This document shows positions 50,534-63,670 of a DNA stretch of 64,000 bases, in pieces. The DNA is taken from NCBI GenBank assembly GCA_013239625.1, contig MU053881.1, positions 682,001 through 746,000 on the forward strand, in the 5' to 3' direction. The stretch's first letter is position 1, and each line of letters begins with the position of its first letter. This DNA is from Lama guanicoe (lineage: Eukaryota). The notes under the pieces are model-generated. The model saw only the letters and a list, made by a program, of their open reading frames with translations. It ran no database searches and was not told the origin of the DNA. The translations under genes were made by a program, and so were the position numbers.

Positions 50534-51459
50534 TCACCATCCATAGTCCTCTCAGGCTGTGCTGCTAAGACCACAGGAGACATCAATCCAACTAACTCTG
50601 TATTGATAAAATTGTTTTAAAAAAAGTGTGCATTTACATGTTTCCAAAGACAAAACTAGAAAGCAAGGTAAGTACAGATGTGTCTAGCTGCACCCCTGTC
50701 CCTTTTATCCTGATCCTTCCTCCCCATCGAGGTAGATGTTTATATTAAATTTTTAAATATCCTTCCATTGTCTCTATTTGAAAATAGAAGCACATGCTTT
50801 TTAATTTCCTCCCTTTCTCAGACACTGCAGCCTGCTATAAAACCTGCACAACTGCTTTGTATGCTCAGGCCAACTCAAGGTGGCCGTTCTCTTGTTCTCC
50901 GTATGTTCCCTGCTCGACTGGTCGCTGCTTCACCTGTGCCCTGCTCACATGACTACCCAATCCTCTTAACCATAGGGCTTCATCAGTAACTGCCTCCACG
51001 CTTGCCCCTGCCCCACCTGCTGGTTTCCCTGGTAACTGACCTGGTAGCCAACCTGATGTCAGTTCCCCATATAAGTGGTACCCTCCTTCTCCCCAGAGTA
51101 GCAAGGACTGCTGCTGTGTCCTGCTTGCCATCTGCCCTATATGGCGGGCTGTCGCTCCAGGACTTTGCTTCGGACTCGCAAGCTCCCCTATCCAATAAAC
51201 CGCTGACGTCTCCATTGCTGTCTCCAGCTCCATCTCCAGGCTCGCTCTTTGGTCTCGCAGCTGGGCAGTTACAAGGCTTGCAAACCTGTGGGTTGCAGCC
51301 CAACACCCTTGCTTTCTTCACTTAATGACATATCCTGGATGTCACACTTCAGCGGGATACTCCATTCCTTTTTTTTTTTTTTAGCTGCAATATATTCTAC
51401 TGGGTGAGTGTAGCATGATCTATTCCACCATATATTCAATGTTTGGATTGCTTCTTGTC

Positions 51460-52149
51460 TTTCTAAAAATTGTGATGAAATACACATACAATTTATCATC
51501 TTAACCATTTTTAAGGGTACAATTTAGTGGCAAGAAGTACATTCACCTTCTTGTGCAACCATAGCCACCATCCGTTTCCAGAACCTCTCTTCATTCTTGC
51601 AAAACTGAAATTCTGTCCCCATTAGACAACAACTCTCCATCTCTGCCTCCCTGGGTGATCACCACTCTGCTTTCTGTTTCTATGAATTTGACTAAGTACC
51701 TCACGTAAGTGGAATCGTACAGTGTTTGTCCTTTTGTGACTGGCTGATTTCGCGTAGCATCATGTCCTCAAGAGTCATCTCTATGTTTCAGCATGTGCCA
51801 GAATTTCCTTGCTTTTTAAGATTGAATAGTATTCTGTTGTATGGCTACACCACGTTTTATTTATCCATTCATCTGTCAGTGGACATGTGGGTTGCTTCTT
51901 CCTTTTGGCTATTGTGAATAATGCTGCTGTGAAACTTGGGTGTGCAAATATCTCTGAGACTCTGCTTCCAATTCTTTGAGGTACACCCCCAGTGGAATTA
52001 CTGGACTGTATGGTAATCCTATGCTAAACCTTTTTAAAGAAGCACTGTACTGTTTTTCCATAGTGGCTGTATCATTTTACATTCCCACCAACACAGCACG
52101 AGGGCTCCAGTTTCTCTGCATCCTCGCCAATACTAGTTATTTTGTGTGT

Positions 52150-52180
<31 letters not shown>

Positions 52181-52240
52181 GTTTAATAGTAGCTCTCCTA
52201 ATGGCTGTGACGTGGTCTCTCACTGTGGTTTTGCCTTTCC
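51460..52240 (-). mobile_element. LINE-1 3' portion (antisense)
   Basis: Typical reversed L1M 3' UTR and ORF2 end. Confidence 0.72.
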
Positions 52241-54361
52241 TGTAATTAGCTAACAGAATTAATATTGCAAGGAAAAGCCTAGCGCCGTGGAAACCCTTGT
52301 GCATAAGCCGAGTGCTTAATCTTGCTCATAAAATAAATGCAAAATGAAAGTGTACTAAGTCATTTCTCACCTGTCAGATCAGCAAAAACCCAAGTTTTTG
52401 CAACATACACCATTGGCAAGACTGTGGAGAAGCAGGTACTCACACAAGTCCTTGGGGGAAATGCAAAATGGTACAACCTTCTGAGTATGAAGATTTGACA
52501 CATAGCGAAACTGCATGTGCCTTTGTCCTTTAACCAAGCAATCTGTCTTCCCAGAATCCCTCCCAAACACACATCAACTTCCCCTTGTATAAATAGCCCG
52601 GAGATGAAGAACCTGTTAGTAATTGTGGGTGGTTTCCTTAGAGTCCTCTTGTTTCCTTTTGGTCCCTTTCTTGGCTGGGGTTGAGGTCGTGCACCAGTTC
52701 AAACTCTCTTACTCACTCCCCCTTATTCCGGCCCCCACGGGGAGACCACCCTGGGCAGAATCTCCCTTTAGGCATGTGCTGGAGGAAGGGGTCAGGAGCC
52801 AATGGATAAACTCCTTCTCTCCTTCCCAGAAGGATACTTTGGAGACATTTCATAATGTGCCTCAGAATGTCCTGGAAGACTGAGTGGGGGGCGAGTTCGG
52901 GAACGAGGGGTTATGTTTGCCCTCTCTCCTCTGCTCCTCACCACCGTCACCTCCTAAATCAGCTCCCCAGAGGCTCTGCTTTCAGGGGAACCCAGGCCAA
53001 GTCAGATACAGAACATGCACTCTATTGAAATTGTATCAGCTTATAAATGTGTCAAACAGTACGTTTAGTATTTAAAGAGCAGGGTTTAATATGAAAAGCA
53101 GAAGTCCTTATCCTGCCCAAGTGCAATCCCACAGTGAGAACTGATGATAATAGTGTCCAGCCACTTTCAAAGCACTAGCAAGGAAAGGACTTCCCTGGGC
53201 TGAACCTTGTTCCCTGGCCCAGCCCACCTGCGGGCTTCCCCAGAGCTCAGCGGGAGGATGGGGAGCGGGCACCCCCTGCTGGTTGCACGGAGTCTGGAGT
53301 GGGCTGTGCCTCTTGGAGGGGCGGCACCTTCTTGGCGCTGGGTAGGGCTCCGGATTGGTTTGCAGATTCCTGCTCCTGAGACTGCTTTGAGATTCTGGGC
53401 GACTCCTCTCCCTGGTATCTGCCAGAAGCCTGAGGCTTCTCCCCCACTGCAGTCCTGGGGTGCAGTCAGACCTTCCCTGGAGCTAGTGTTCCTTGTGGCC
53501 AGGTGCCCTTGGCTCTCCACTTGCTGGAGTGGTGGAAGGGGCACTGGATTTGGACATGGCCTGGAGTCTAGTTCCACTCCACCTACTCGCTGGATCTCTG
53601 ACTATGCACATCTCTGAGCCTGTTTCTTGGAGATCTGGGACTGCTGCGGGGCCCCAGTGAGACAGAGATGGTGAAGCAAGCACCCAGCAATGCAATGCGT
53701 TCTGGCCCTGAAACGGTCTTTGAACCCGGCTGCCTGAATTTTCATGGCCTCCCTCCACTCCTCAAGCCCGGCCCTCTAGCTGGTGGCTCTGCCTCAAATG
53801 TTGGAAACCCCCAGCCGACTCCCGGTCATGCCATCCCAGGTGACTTTGCCTGGCCCCAGGGCCTGACTGTGGACTTGTTTTTTCTGTTATACTAGCCCAG
53901 AGTCATAGGGAAGTCTCATGTTTCTCAGACTCCTTTGACTCAGGAATAACTCAACTTTAAAACAATTATGTGTCTAATTTTGGGACCAAAACACTAGGTC
54001 TTTATCAGTTGGCAGACTCAGCCCTGAATGGGGAGAACCAAGGCGGGTGGTCTGGAAAGTGAGAAACACGAGGACTTTGGCGTCGTGTGGGTGTTATTGA
54101 CAAGGCCATGGTCTCTGGGTGCTGCCGTGTCTCCTGCCTCATTGATTGATTGGGGCCGGGAATTGACTGAGGTGACTCCTTCAAAGGCTAAATGAAACTC
54201 AGCAGTGCCACCAAGCAGGTGCTCTGTTTTTTGCTGCAAGAGGCGTTTCGTCTTCCATGTGTGTATATAGGCATGAACACCCCACCTAGTGTGGTCAGCC
54301 CTCCTGTTCACTGGTATTTCTGGTTCTTCTCCTTCCAGACCCATAATATTTCATTTCCAGG

Positions 54362-54858
54362 TGTCAACTGAAAGAAACACACACACACGCACACAGAAAA
54401 TGCAAGAGCAATGAGTTTCAGTTTAATTCAGGGACCTTAGTGAATAAGGTCTACACACCCAGTGGACTACAGCCGGGCAGACAGCTTCTCAGATAGCTCT
54501 AAGGAACTGCTCTAAAGAGGTGGAGGAGGAGCCAGTGTACATATGAATTTTTCTGCTGGGAAATATAGACGTGCATACATTTTGGTTAAAGATTACTGCT
54601 AATCACAAAGAATGGACATCTCAAGTTAATGATTTTAGTGCTTTTCTATGTATGGGAAGGTGCAAGAAACGAGGGTCACTGAAATTCTTGCTTAGATAGG
54701 CATCTTAACTGTCTAGGGGCCCTATATCCAAAACACAGATTGCTTCATCCTGTTTTTCTCCCTCCTAAATTCTCCTCAGGGCTCACTGTCAGTGGGTGAC
54801 CACAGTGGTTGTAACTTAACCCTTTGTATAACTGGATGGTGGGCAAGACTCTGTCACA
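54362..54858. mobile_element. Solo ERV LTR (same family as 37295-37804)
   Basis: Both copies begin tgtcaactgaaa, share cagatagctct and tttag...cttttctatgtatg...gaag.tgcaaga, and end ...aca. Imperfect 4-bp TSD cagg/ctgg. Confidence 0.75.
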
Positions 54859-55281
54859 CTGGCCTCCTGAGGAAAGGTTTGGCCATGTGACTTATTTGGT
54901 TAATGAACTGTTGGCAGAAGTCTACGTGTTATATCTGGGCAGAAGCCTCTAAGGGCCAGAGTGGTGGTTCTGAAGGGTGGAGGCTCCAGCAGCCTGAGTC
55001 CTTGAAAGGCAGAACCCCCTTAACCTAAGACGGACATGTAGTATGGGCAGTGAGCAATGAACTTTTTTTCCGTTAAGCCACTGAGATTTGGGGTTGTTAT
55101 TGCAGGATAACCTCGCACATCTTGACTAATGCATCCTAAATCCTTTCTGAAGCAAAACAGTACAAAGTAGCCAGCAGGCAGATTATTTCCCTTGAGACTG
55201 TGAGCCCTGAGAATCCAGAATTCATTCTTGAACAGTAGATGGCAGGTCAAAATATCCTCAAATCCCAGCACATCCTTTTCT

Positions 55282-55833
55282 TTTCTTAACATTTTTTATT
55301 GATTTATAATCATTTTACAATGTTGTGTCAAATTCCAGTGTAGAGCACAATTTTTCAGTTATACATGAACATATATATATTCATTGTCACATTTTTTCTC
55401 TGTGAGCTACCATAAGATCTTGTGTTTATTTCCCTGTGCTATACAGTAAAATCTTGTTTATCTAGTCTACAATTTTGATATCCTGTCTATCCCTTCCCAC
55501 CCTCCGCCCCCTTGGCAACCACAAGTTTGTATTCTATGTCTATGAGTCTATTTCTCTTTTGTATTTATGCTTTGTTTTTTTTGTTTTTGCTTTTGTTTTT
55601 GTTTTTTAGATTCCACATATAAGCGATCTCATACAGTATTTTTCTTTCTCTTTCTGGCTTACTTCACTTAAAATGACATTCTCCAGGAGCATCCATGTTG
55701 CTGCAAATGGTGTTATGTTGTCAGTTTTTATGGCTGTCTAGTATTCCATTGTATAAATATACCACATCTTCTTTAACTAGTCATCTGTTGATGGACATTT
55801 AGGCTGTTTCCATGGCTTGGCTATTTTAAGTAG
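55282..55833 (-). mobile_element. 5'-truncated LINE-1, closely related to the 56041-56950 copy
   Basis: Similar 3' end to the neighbouring L1. TSD ccagca(ca/tg)tccttttct at 55265-55281 and 55834-55850. Confidence 0.9.
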
Positions 55834-56040
55834 CCAGCATGTCCTTTTCTGAGCCCCATAACTACTGAAGGAAAACAGAGCAAACTTGCTTTTTAATGGT
55901 GACAGTCTCTCTGGATTTAATTTAGTCTTTCGGGTAATTCCCTGGTCTTTCAAATTTTCTTCCTTTCCCCCTACTCATTCTGTAGCAGACAGGATTGCCT
56001 GCATAATCTCCATTCCCTGCTTATTTGCCAACAGAATTAT

Positions 56041-56950
56041 TATTTTTTATTTTTTATTTTTTAACATTTTTTATTGATTTATAATCATTTTACAATGTTG
56101 TGTCAAATTCCAGTGTTCAGCACAATTTTTCAGTCATTCATGGACATATACACACTCATTGTCACATTTTTTTCTCTGTGATTTATCATAACATTTTGTG
56201 TATATTTCCCTGTGCTATACAGTGTAATCTTGTTTATCTATTCTACAATTTTGAAATCCCAGTCTATCCCTTCCCACCCTCTACCCCCCTGGTAACCACA
56301 AGTCTGTATTCTCTGTCCATGAGTCTTTAGATTCCACATATGAGCGATCTCATATGGTATTTTTCTTTCTCTTTCTGGCTTACTTCACTTAGAATGACAT
56401 TCTCTAGGAGCATCCATGTTGCTGCAAATGGCGTTATGTTGTCGGTTTTTATGGCTGAGTAGTATTCCATTGTATAAATATACCACATCTTCTTTATCCA
56501 GTCACCTATTGATGGACATTTAGGCTGTTTCCATGTTTTGGCTATTGTAAATAGTGCTGCTATGAACATTGGAGTGCAGGTGTCATCCTGAAGTAGATTT
56601 CCTTCTGGATACAAGCCCAGGAGTGGGATTCCTGGGTCATATGGTAAGTCTATTCCTAGTCTTTTGAGGAATCTCCACACTGTTTTCCATAGTGGCTGCA
56701 CCAAACTGCATTCCCACCAGCAGTGTAGGAGGGTTCCCCTTTCTCCACAGCCTCTCCAGCATTTGTCATTTTTGGATTTTTGAATGACGGCCATTCTGAC
56801 TGGTGTGAGGTGATACCTCATTGTAGTTTTGATTTGCATTTCTCTGATAATTAGTGATATTGAGCATTTTTTTCATGTGCTTTTTGATCATTTGTATGTC
56901 TTCCTTGGAGAATTGCTTGTTTAGGTCTTCTGCCCATTTTTGGATTGGGG
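56041..56950 (-). mobile_element. Young 5'-truncated LINE-1 (ORF2 C-terminus, 3' UTR, poly(A))
   Basis: ORF 56327-56839 ([17 protein letters not shown]...HCWWEC...DLPYDP...[13 protein letters not shown]) is the L1 ORF2 C-terminus. Perfect 15-bp TSD tgccaacagaattat at 56026-56040 and 56951-56965. Confidence 0.95.
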
Positions 56951-58239
56951 TGCCAACAGAATTATGACTGCCTGGGTTCCTCTCTTGGAGAAGATGCCCC
57001 TTATTCAGGTTCAGGGATAAATCCTGACTCGTCTGAGTTAATTATGGCCAAGCCAGCACCCTGCCCGAGGCTGGCTGGGGCTGAGAATGTGACCAAGCTC
57101 TGTCTGTGGACAGGCCCAGGGGAGGGAAAGGTAGTTGCCGTGAGGCTTATTTTTAAAAAAGAAACACAGGTTAAGAAATTGATTTTGTTATTCAAACATT
57201 CCCCAAAAGAAAAATCCAGGCTCAGATGGTTTCACTGGTCAATTGTATCAAGCAGAGATAATCACCAGTCTCACACAAACACTTGGAGAAGATAGAGGAG
57301 GGAGGTACACTGACGTCTCAGTTCCTTTTCTAAGGCCAGCATTACCTAGGACGAAACCTGTGAAGTCATTATGAACAGAAAATTGCAGACCAATAGTCCT
57401 CATGAATACAGACTTACATATCCTTAATAAAATATCGACAAATCAAATCCAGCATTATATAAAAACATGATACATCATGACCAAGTAGGATTTATCCCAG
57501 AGATGCAACGTTGTTTTAATGTTTGACAATCGGTCCATGCGTGCTTCTCTTACTCTGCATTCTTGCCAGCCTGGAGATTATAGATCTGTAAGTTCTGATT
57601 CAAAAATCCTTGTTTTGAATGCAAACTTCTCTGGATTTTCAGAACCCAGCAGGCTCTGAGGCAGAATCTCTTAATCAAACACATTAATTCATGGTTCCGC
57701 TGCAGATATTAAAAATAATCTCACCAAGCAAGATGAGTCAAGACTGCAAAGAGCCTCATATTAGCTCAGGTTAAGTCTTGCTGCTAAAAGAACTGGCCTC
57801 AAAGTCAAGACATCTTTCTGGTTTCCAGGACTTTATGAATTTTGGACTGGGGATAAAGGATTTGGGACACGACCTGCTCTTTAATTTCAGTCAATTCTAC
57901 TGCTGCTGTGATTTGCGTTTCTCTGCTTGTGAAGTTGAACTCTCATTCATAAGCTTTACTATTTATACATCCTGTTTTCTTACTGCTCTGTTAAAAATTG
58001 TAGGTACAATTGTACATTATGGCTATCGACTCTTTGTCTTTCACATATTTTATAGATATTTTCTCAGCCTATCACTTGCTTATATATTTTATTATGTGTT
58101 TTTCTAGGAAAACTTAAAATTTGCGTGCAGTTAAATATATCCTATTCTTTTTGGCTTCTTGGTTTCTAGACTTATTTAGGGAGGTTTTTTCCCACCCCAA
58201 AGTTATATAAATATTCTTGGTTTTTTCTTCTGCTATCTT

Positions 58240-58382
58240 TTAAAAAATTTTTATTTTAACTTTTTTTGGAGGGAGACGTAATTATGTTTATTTACTTATT
58301 TATTTAATGGAGGTACTGGGGATGAACCCAGGACCTTCTGTATACTAAGTACATGCTCTACCACTGAGCTATACCCTCCCCT
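58240..58382 (-). mobile_element. tRNA-Ala-derived SINE
   Basis: Perfect 14-bp TSD tcttctgctatctt at 58226-58239 and 58384-58397. Confidence 0.9.
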
Positions 58383-58425
58383 CTCTTCTGCTATCTTGTT
58401 TTACATTTATTTATTATGAAATATT

Positions 58426-58570
58426 AGAAAAAAATTTTATTTCCTATTTTTTAATTGAAGTGTAGTCGATTTACAATGTTAGTTTCAGGAGCACAGCAAA
58501 GTGATTCAGTTACACATATACATACATATATATATATATATATTTTTTTTTTCAGATTCATTACCATTAT
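58426..58570 (-). mobile_element. Short LINE-1 3' end fragment
   Basis: ttttttaattgaagtgtagtcgatttacaatgttagtttcagg... is the reverse complement of the L1 3' terminus also seen at ~42200-42240 and ~32340-32395. Confidence 0.8.
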
Positions 58571-58777
58571 AGCCTGTCACTTGCTTATATACCTTATTAT
58601 GTGTTTTTCTAGGAAAACTTAAAATTTGTGTGTAGTTAAATATATCCTATTCTTTTTGGCTTCTTGATTTCCAGATTTACTTAGGAAGGTCTTTTTCCCA
58701 TCCCAAAGTTATATAAATATTCTTTTTTTTCTTCTGCTATCTTGTTTTATATTTATTTATTATGAAATATTTAATAC

Positions 58778-58983
58778 GTCCCAACCACGGCACTGTTGAC
58801 ACTTGGGGTCAGATACGTTTTTGTCGTGGGGGCTGTCCTGTGCATTGTAGGGTGTTTAGCAGCATGCCTGGCCTCCCCTCACTACATGGCAATAGCACTT
58901 CCCAGCTGTGACAACCAGAATGTCTCCAGACATTGCCAAATGTCCATTTGGGGGCAAAGTACTCCCTGGATGAGAACCACTGG
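58778..58983. mobile_element. MER20 hAT DNA transposon
   Basis: gggggctgtcctgtgcattgtagggtgtttagcagca...tgtgacaaccagaatgtctccagacattgccaaatgtcc...gagaaccactg. Confidence 0.85.
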
Positions 58984-59283
58984 GTTGGAGTCCAGCTTTT
59001 ATTTCTTTTCCCCGTAAGCATGGCCAATACTACCAGCACCATTCATCAAATTAGTCATCTCTTATCCTACTCAACAGAAATGCTATCTTAGCCATATGTT
59101 AATTTCCAGTATTTATCTACTCAGCTAGTTCTGAATTCTTCTTGTCTATTTCTTGGCCAGTTCACTCCTCCACCAGTCTTTCATTCCCAGTATTCTGAGA
59201 TCTACTCAGGCATTTGTTTTTCCTTCTGGTTAAGGCTTTAAACCAATTCAGATTGTACTGTCTAGCTAGAGGCTCCAACACAA

Positions 59284-59434
59284 TTTTTTTTCCCAGTAGG
59301 ATGGTGGGGTAGCAGGGTGGGGAAGGTAATTAAGTTTATTTATTTAGTTATCTTAACGGAGGTACTGGGGATTGAACCCAGGACCTCCTGCATGCTAAGC
59401 ATGTACTCTAACCACTGAGCTATACCCTCCACCC
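59284..59434 (-). mobile_element. tRNA-Ala-derived SINE
   Basis: Same consensus, reversed. TSD ctc(c/t)aacacaa at 59273-59283 and 59436-59446. Confidence 0.88.
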
Positions 59435-60944
59435 ACTCTAACACAACCTTAAAAACTAATGGGCATCCTTGTCTTGATCCAGGTTTTAGTGGAAACTCCT
59501 TTGATATTTCCATGTAGTTTGCTTTATCCTTTTAGGGTTTGGTAAAAAGTCCTTATCATATTTAAGTATTTGCCTCCAATTCCTATTTAACTTATGATTT
59601 TATTAGGGATAGAGACCTATCCATCAATTCTACCTGTTGAGTGTCTATGAATCTATGTCATCATATGATTTTTCTTAATTTGGGAGAAAATGAACGATCC
59701 TTTTAATTTCCTGGAATAAACCCCTATTAGTTTCCTGTTACTGCTATAACAAATTATCACAAATTTAGTGGCTTAAATTAACACCCGTCTATTATAGTAC
59801 ATGCTAAGAAGGGTGTGCTGGGACTGCACTTGCCATCCCTTAATCTCCTCAGCGCTTCTAGTCTGGCTGCCACCCCTCCTGCTCAACCTAAACTGCTCTT
59901 ACTAAAGGCCTCAGACATCTCCATGTTGCCAGATTCCAGGGCCTCAGGGTGGCTATCTTCTGAGCCCTCTCACCATAATTTGATCCTGTTCACTATACTC
60001 TTTCACCTGAAACCCCGTCCTCTTATTTCCTTTGTCACCTTAATGCTTCCCAGGCTTTGCCCATCTCTCTGGCCACTTCTTTTCAGCCTCCTTTGCTTTT
60101 TTTTCCCATTCGTTCATTCATTCATTCATTCATTTAGTTGCTCATTCTTTCATTGACATAAACCCCTAATCTGTAATGTGTACGGTAACTGGTGTAGGAT
60201 TCCCTAAGAGCCTCTGCTTAAAGGTGAGCCCCTTTATTCATCTCTAAGGCTTTAAATATCATCTGTATTCAGTGACAGCAGATTTTATATCCAGCCTAGA
60301 CTACTCTTTTCAGCTTTAAACTCATAAAACTCCAGGTGCTTCTATGACACCTCCACTTGGATATCTTGGAGGCATTTCAAATTTAACGTGATCCAAATGG
60401 ATCTACTGATAAGCTCCTTCCTTTCTGCCTGCCTCCAGCTCTCCCCATCTTCATCCACTCCAGTGCATTGACTTTCCAATGTCCTTCTCCCTGCTTTCCT
60501 TAATCCTTTTTTCATTCAACACTTAACTTGTTGATACCTCCTACAGGCCAGGCACTCCAGTGTCAGCACTGTAACCAACATTCCAGTGTGAGGAACAGGC
60601 AGTAAAAAGTAATCACATCAACAAACAAGATAATCATAAAGTGTAGAAACACTGTGAAGGAAATGAATAGAGGAAGTTGATAGAGAAAGACCTGAAGAAG
60701 GAGCTAGTGAGGATGAACATTTGAGGACAGTGCTCCAGGAAAAGAGCAGAAAGGAGGTCAGTGTGGCTGCAACGTAGAGAAGGGGGTGGAGAAGTAATGA
60801 GGTGATGAGGAGGGACACTGTATCACATCACGCAGGACCCTGAAGGTCACAGCAAAGAAATGATTTAGTTTGAAGTGCAGTGAGAGCCACTGAAGACTTA
60901 AAGCAGGGGAGTTATGTGATATGATTTGCAGTTTAAAAAAATAA

Positions 60945-61086
60945 TTTTTTTTGTTTTTTTGGGGGAGGAGGTAGTTAGGTTTGTTTGTTTGTTTATTTAT
61001 TTGTTTATTTAACGAGGTGCTGGGGATTGAACCCAGGGCCTCATGCATGCTAAGCATGTACTCTACCGCTGAGCTATTCCCTCCCC
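60945..61086 (-). mobile_element. tRNA-Ala-derived SINE
   Basis: Same consensus, reversed (ggggattgaacccagggcctcatgcatgctaagcatgtactctaccgctgagcta). Confidence 0.88.
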
Positions 61087-61979
61087 TCTCAACTTGAAGT
61101 TCTGAAAGATGACTCTGGATAATGGGTAAAGGGTTTCTTTTTGTGGGTGATGAAAATATTCTAAACTTACAATGTGGTGATGGTTGCACAACTGTGGATA
61201 TACTAAAAAAAAATTGAATGGTATGTGAATTATATCTCAGTAAAGCTGTTAGCAGGAAAAAAGATCATTATGACTGTGGTGAGAATGACCAGGCAAAGGA
61301 CAAGAATATAGCCAGGGAGATGACCTGCATTCATCATATGACAGAGGGAATGGAACCTGGGCCAGAGCGGAGCCTGCAGGTACAAGGCAGAATGTGGTGG
61401 ATGTTGGATGGGGTCGGCGGAGGAAGGAAGACTCCTTATCAAACTATTCCAAACACAGAAGCAAGAATACTTTTTGAAAGGTATAAGTGGACCACGGGTC
61501 ACTGCACTTTGAGATTTCAGTGGTTTTCATCCATCCATCCATCTGGTCTGGGAGCTGCCACTCCTGCCTTTGGAGTCTCCCGGCCTCAAAGCTGCGCTCT
61601 CTCTGCCAAATCAGTCTCTTCTAACCAGGCCCTATCACTTGTCAAATCCCAGTTTAACTGCCACCTTCTCAGCAACTTTTTTATCCCCCAAATGACATTA
61701 GAGGCTCTTGCTCTCCTGCACAGCACTTGCCAAAATCTACAGTCATGGACTGAATCGCTTATTTATTAACTTTTGGTTCACCTCCCTTCTAGATTGGAAT
61801 CTCCTCCAGGGCAGGGATAGTCCCTTCTGTGATCATGCCTCTAGAGCATGGCACAGGAAATGCACTGGAACATTTGTTAGGTGAATGAATTCATGAATAG
61901 AATGCATATATGGAAAGCTAGTAAGCAGTGGGTGAAGGAAACTTCCAAAAGGAGAATAAAATTTCAAAGACTCAAAAAT

Positions 61980-62960
61980 ATAAGGGACAATTCTCAGAAT
62001 GAGAGAAAATGTTTGCAAATCATGTATCTGATAGGGGATTAATATCCAGAATGTAAAAAGAACACTTATAACTCATCAACAAAAAACCAAACAACTCAAT
62101 TCAAAAGTAGACATAGGACATAGACAGACATTTCTCCAAAGAAGATACACAAATGGCCAATAAGCACATGAAAAAACGCCCAGTGTTACTAATCATGAGG
62201 GAAATGCAAATTGAAACCTCAGTGAGATACCACTTCACACTCTTTAGGACTGCTGCTGTCAAAAAACAAAAACAAAAACAAAAACAGACAATAACAAGTG
62301 TTGGTGAGGATACGGAGAGACGGGAAACCTTGTGAATTGCTGGGAGGAATGCAAAATAACTGTTAAAGTATAGATCTAGGAGTGGAATTGTTGAATCATA
62401 TGGTAATTCTATGTTCAACTTTTTGAAGAACTGTTTTCCATAGAGACTGAAAGCAGAAAATCAGATACTTTGCACACGAAATTTCAAAGCAGCATTATTT
62501 ACAATAGCTAAAAGGTGGGACCAACCCAAATGTGTATTAGGGGATTAACGGATTAACACAACATACTATATACATACAACAGAATGTTATTCAGCTGTAA
62601 AAGGAAGGAAACTCTGACACACGCTATAACATGGATAGACCTTGGAAACACTGTTAAGTGAAATAAACCACACACAAAAGGAAAATATTGTACGATTCCA
62701 CTTACATCGGGTACTAGAAGAGGCAAATTCCTAGAGACAGACAGCAGAATAGACGTTACCAGGATCTGGGGGAGCCGGACTGGGGAGTGAGCGTTTAAAT
62801 GGTTTCAGTTGGAGGAGATGAAAAAGTTCTAGAGACAGAGAGGGGTCATATTTACATAACATGGTAAATGTCCTTAATACAACTTAATTGTACACTTAAA
62901 ATTTTTAAAATGGTAACTTTCATGTTATGTATGTTTTACCACAATAAAACATTTAAAAAC
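61980..62960 (+). mobile_element. LINE-1 3' portion
   Basis: MANKHMKK...[15 protein letters not shown] remnant of ORF2, plus a 3' UTR ending near ttttaccacaataaaa. Confidence 0.78.
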
Positions 62961-63583
62961 GTGAGTAATGACATTTAGCCACCAGTATATTTTCAACACA
63001 TGGCTGAAGGATTCATCCACAGCAAGCCACCCGGCTGAAGTCTTGGGGAACCAATGAAGGTTCAAAACCCACGGTTGTCAGGCTCTGCCTAGAGGAGATG
63101 TGCCGAACGGACCCAAGAGGGCGTGTTAGGAGCCGCTCTCCAGGTCGCGCGCGCTCAGCGGCAGAGCCCGCTCCAGCTGCAGCGCGAGCCCCTCCCCTCG
63201 GCCCGGCGCTCCGCCCCTGGCGCTGGGCGGGCTGTCGCGACGCCTTTGTTTCTCCATCACACAAAAAAAGAACGTACCTCTACTCACACTGGGCAGTTTA
63301 AGTGGTTTCAGAGCCCTCATAAGGCATCGGAGGGCTCTTATTTAACACAGCCATGATGCTGCAGCTGGCAGGGCCCAGCCAAAATGCACCGGCCTGGGCT
63401 CTGTTCCCAAGCTCTAACCTTAGCCACCGTTGCTGTCTTTCTGGTCTCCAGCTTCAAAGTGGGGTCCCCGGTCCCTAGCACGTTCCGGAGGCAGCTGATC
63501 CACGGTGCTAGGCTGGCGGATGGGAGGATGGGAGGATGCGAAGAGTCCTAACGATCTCAATCCTTACAATTCAGAAAATTGTA

Positions 63584-63670
63584 ATTTTCAGTTGTTTTAA
63601 TGCTGAATATATTATTTGTATCTACTTGTATCTACTTGTATCTATATTCAGCATTAAAACAACTGAAAAT
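63584..63670. repeat. Perfect inverted repeat (28-bp arms) with a tandem-repeat spacer
   Basis: attttcagttgttttaatgctgaatata (63584-63611) and tatattcagcattaaaacaactgaaaat (63643-63670). The spacer holds about three copies of ttgtatctac. Confidence 0.95.

Noticed and set aside
55282..56950. Apparent tandem duplication or misassembly
   Set aside because: Each copy has its own distinct TSD and a different 5' truncation point.
61218..61769. 183-aa ORF
   Set aside because: It begins in an L1 3'-end remnant and runs into L2-like sequence, with no coding signature.
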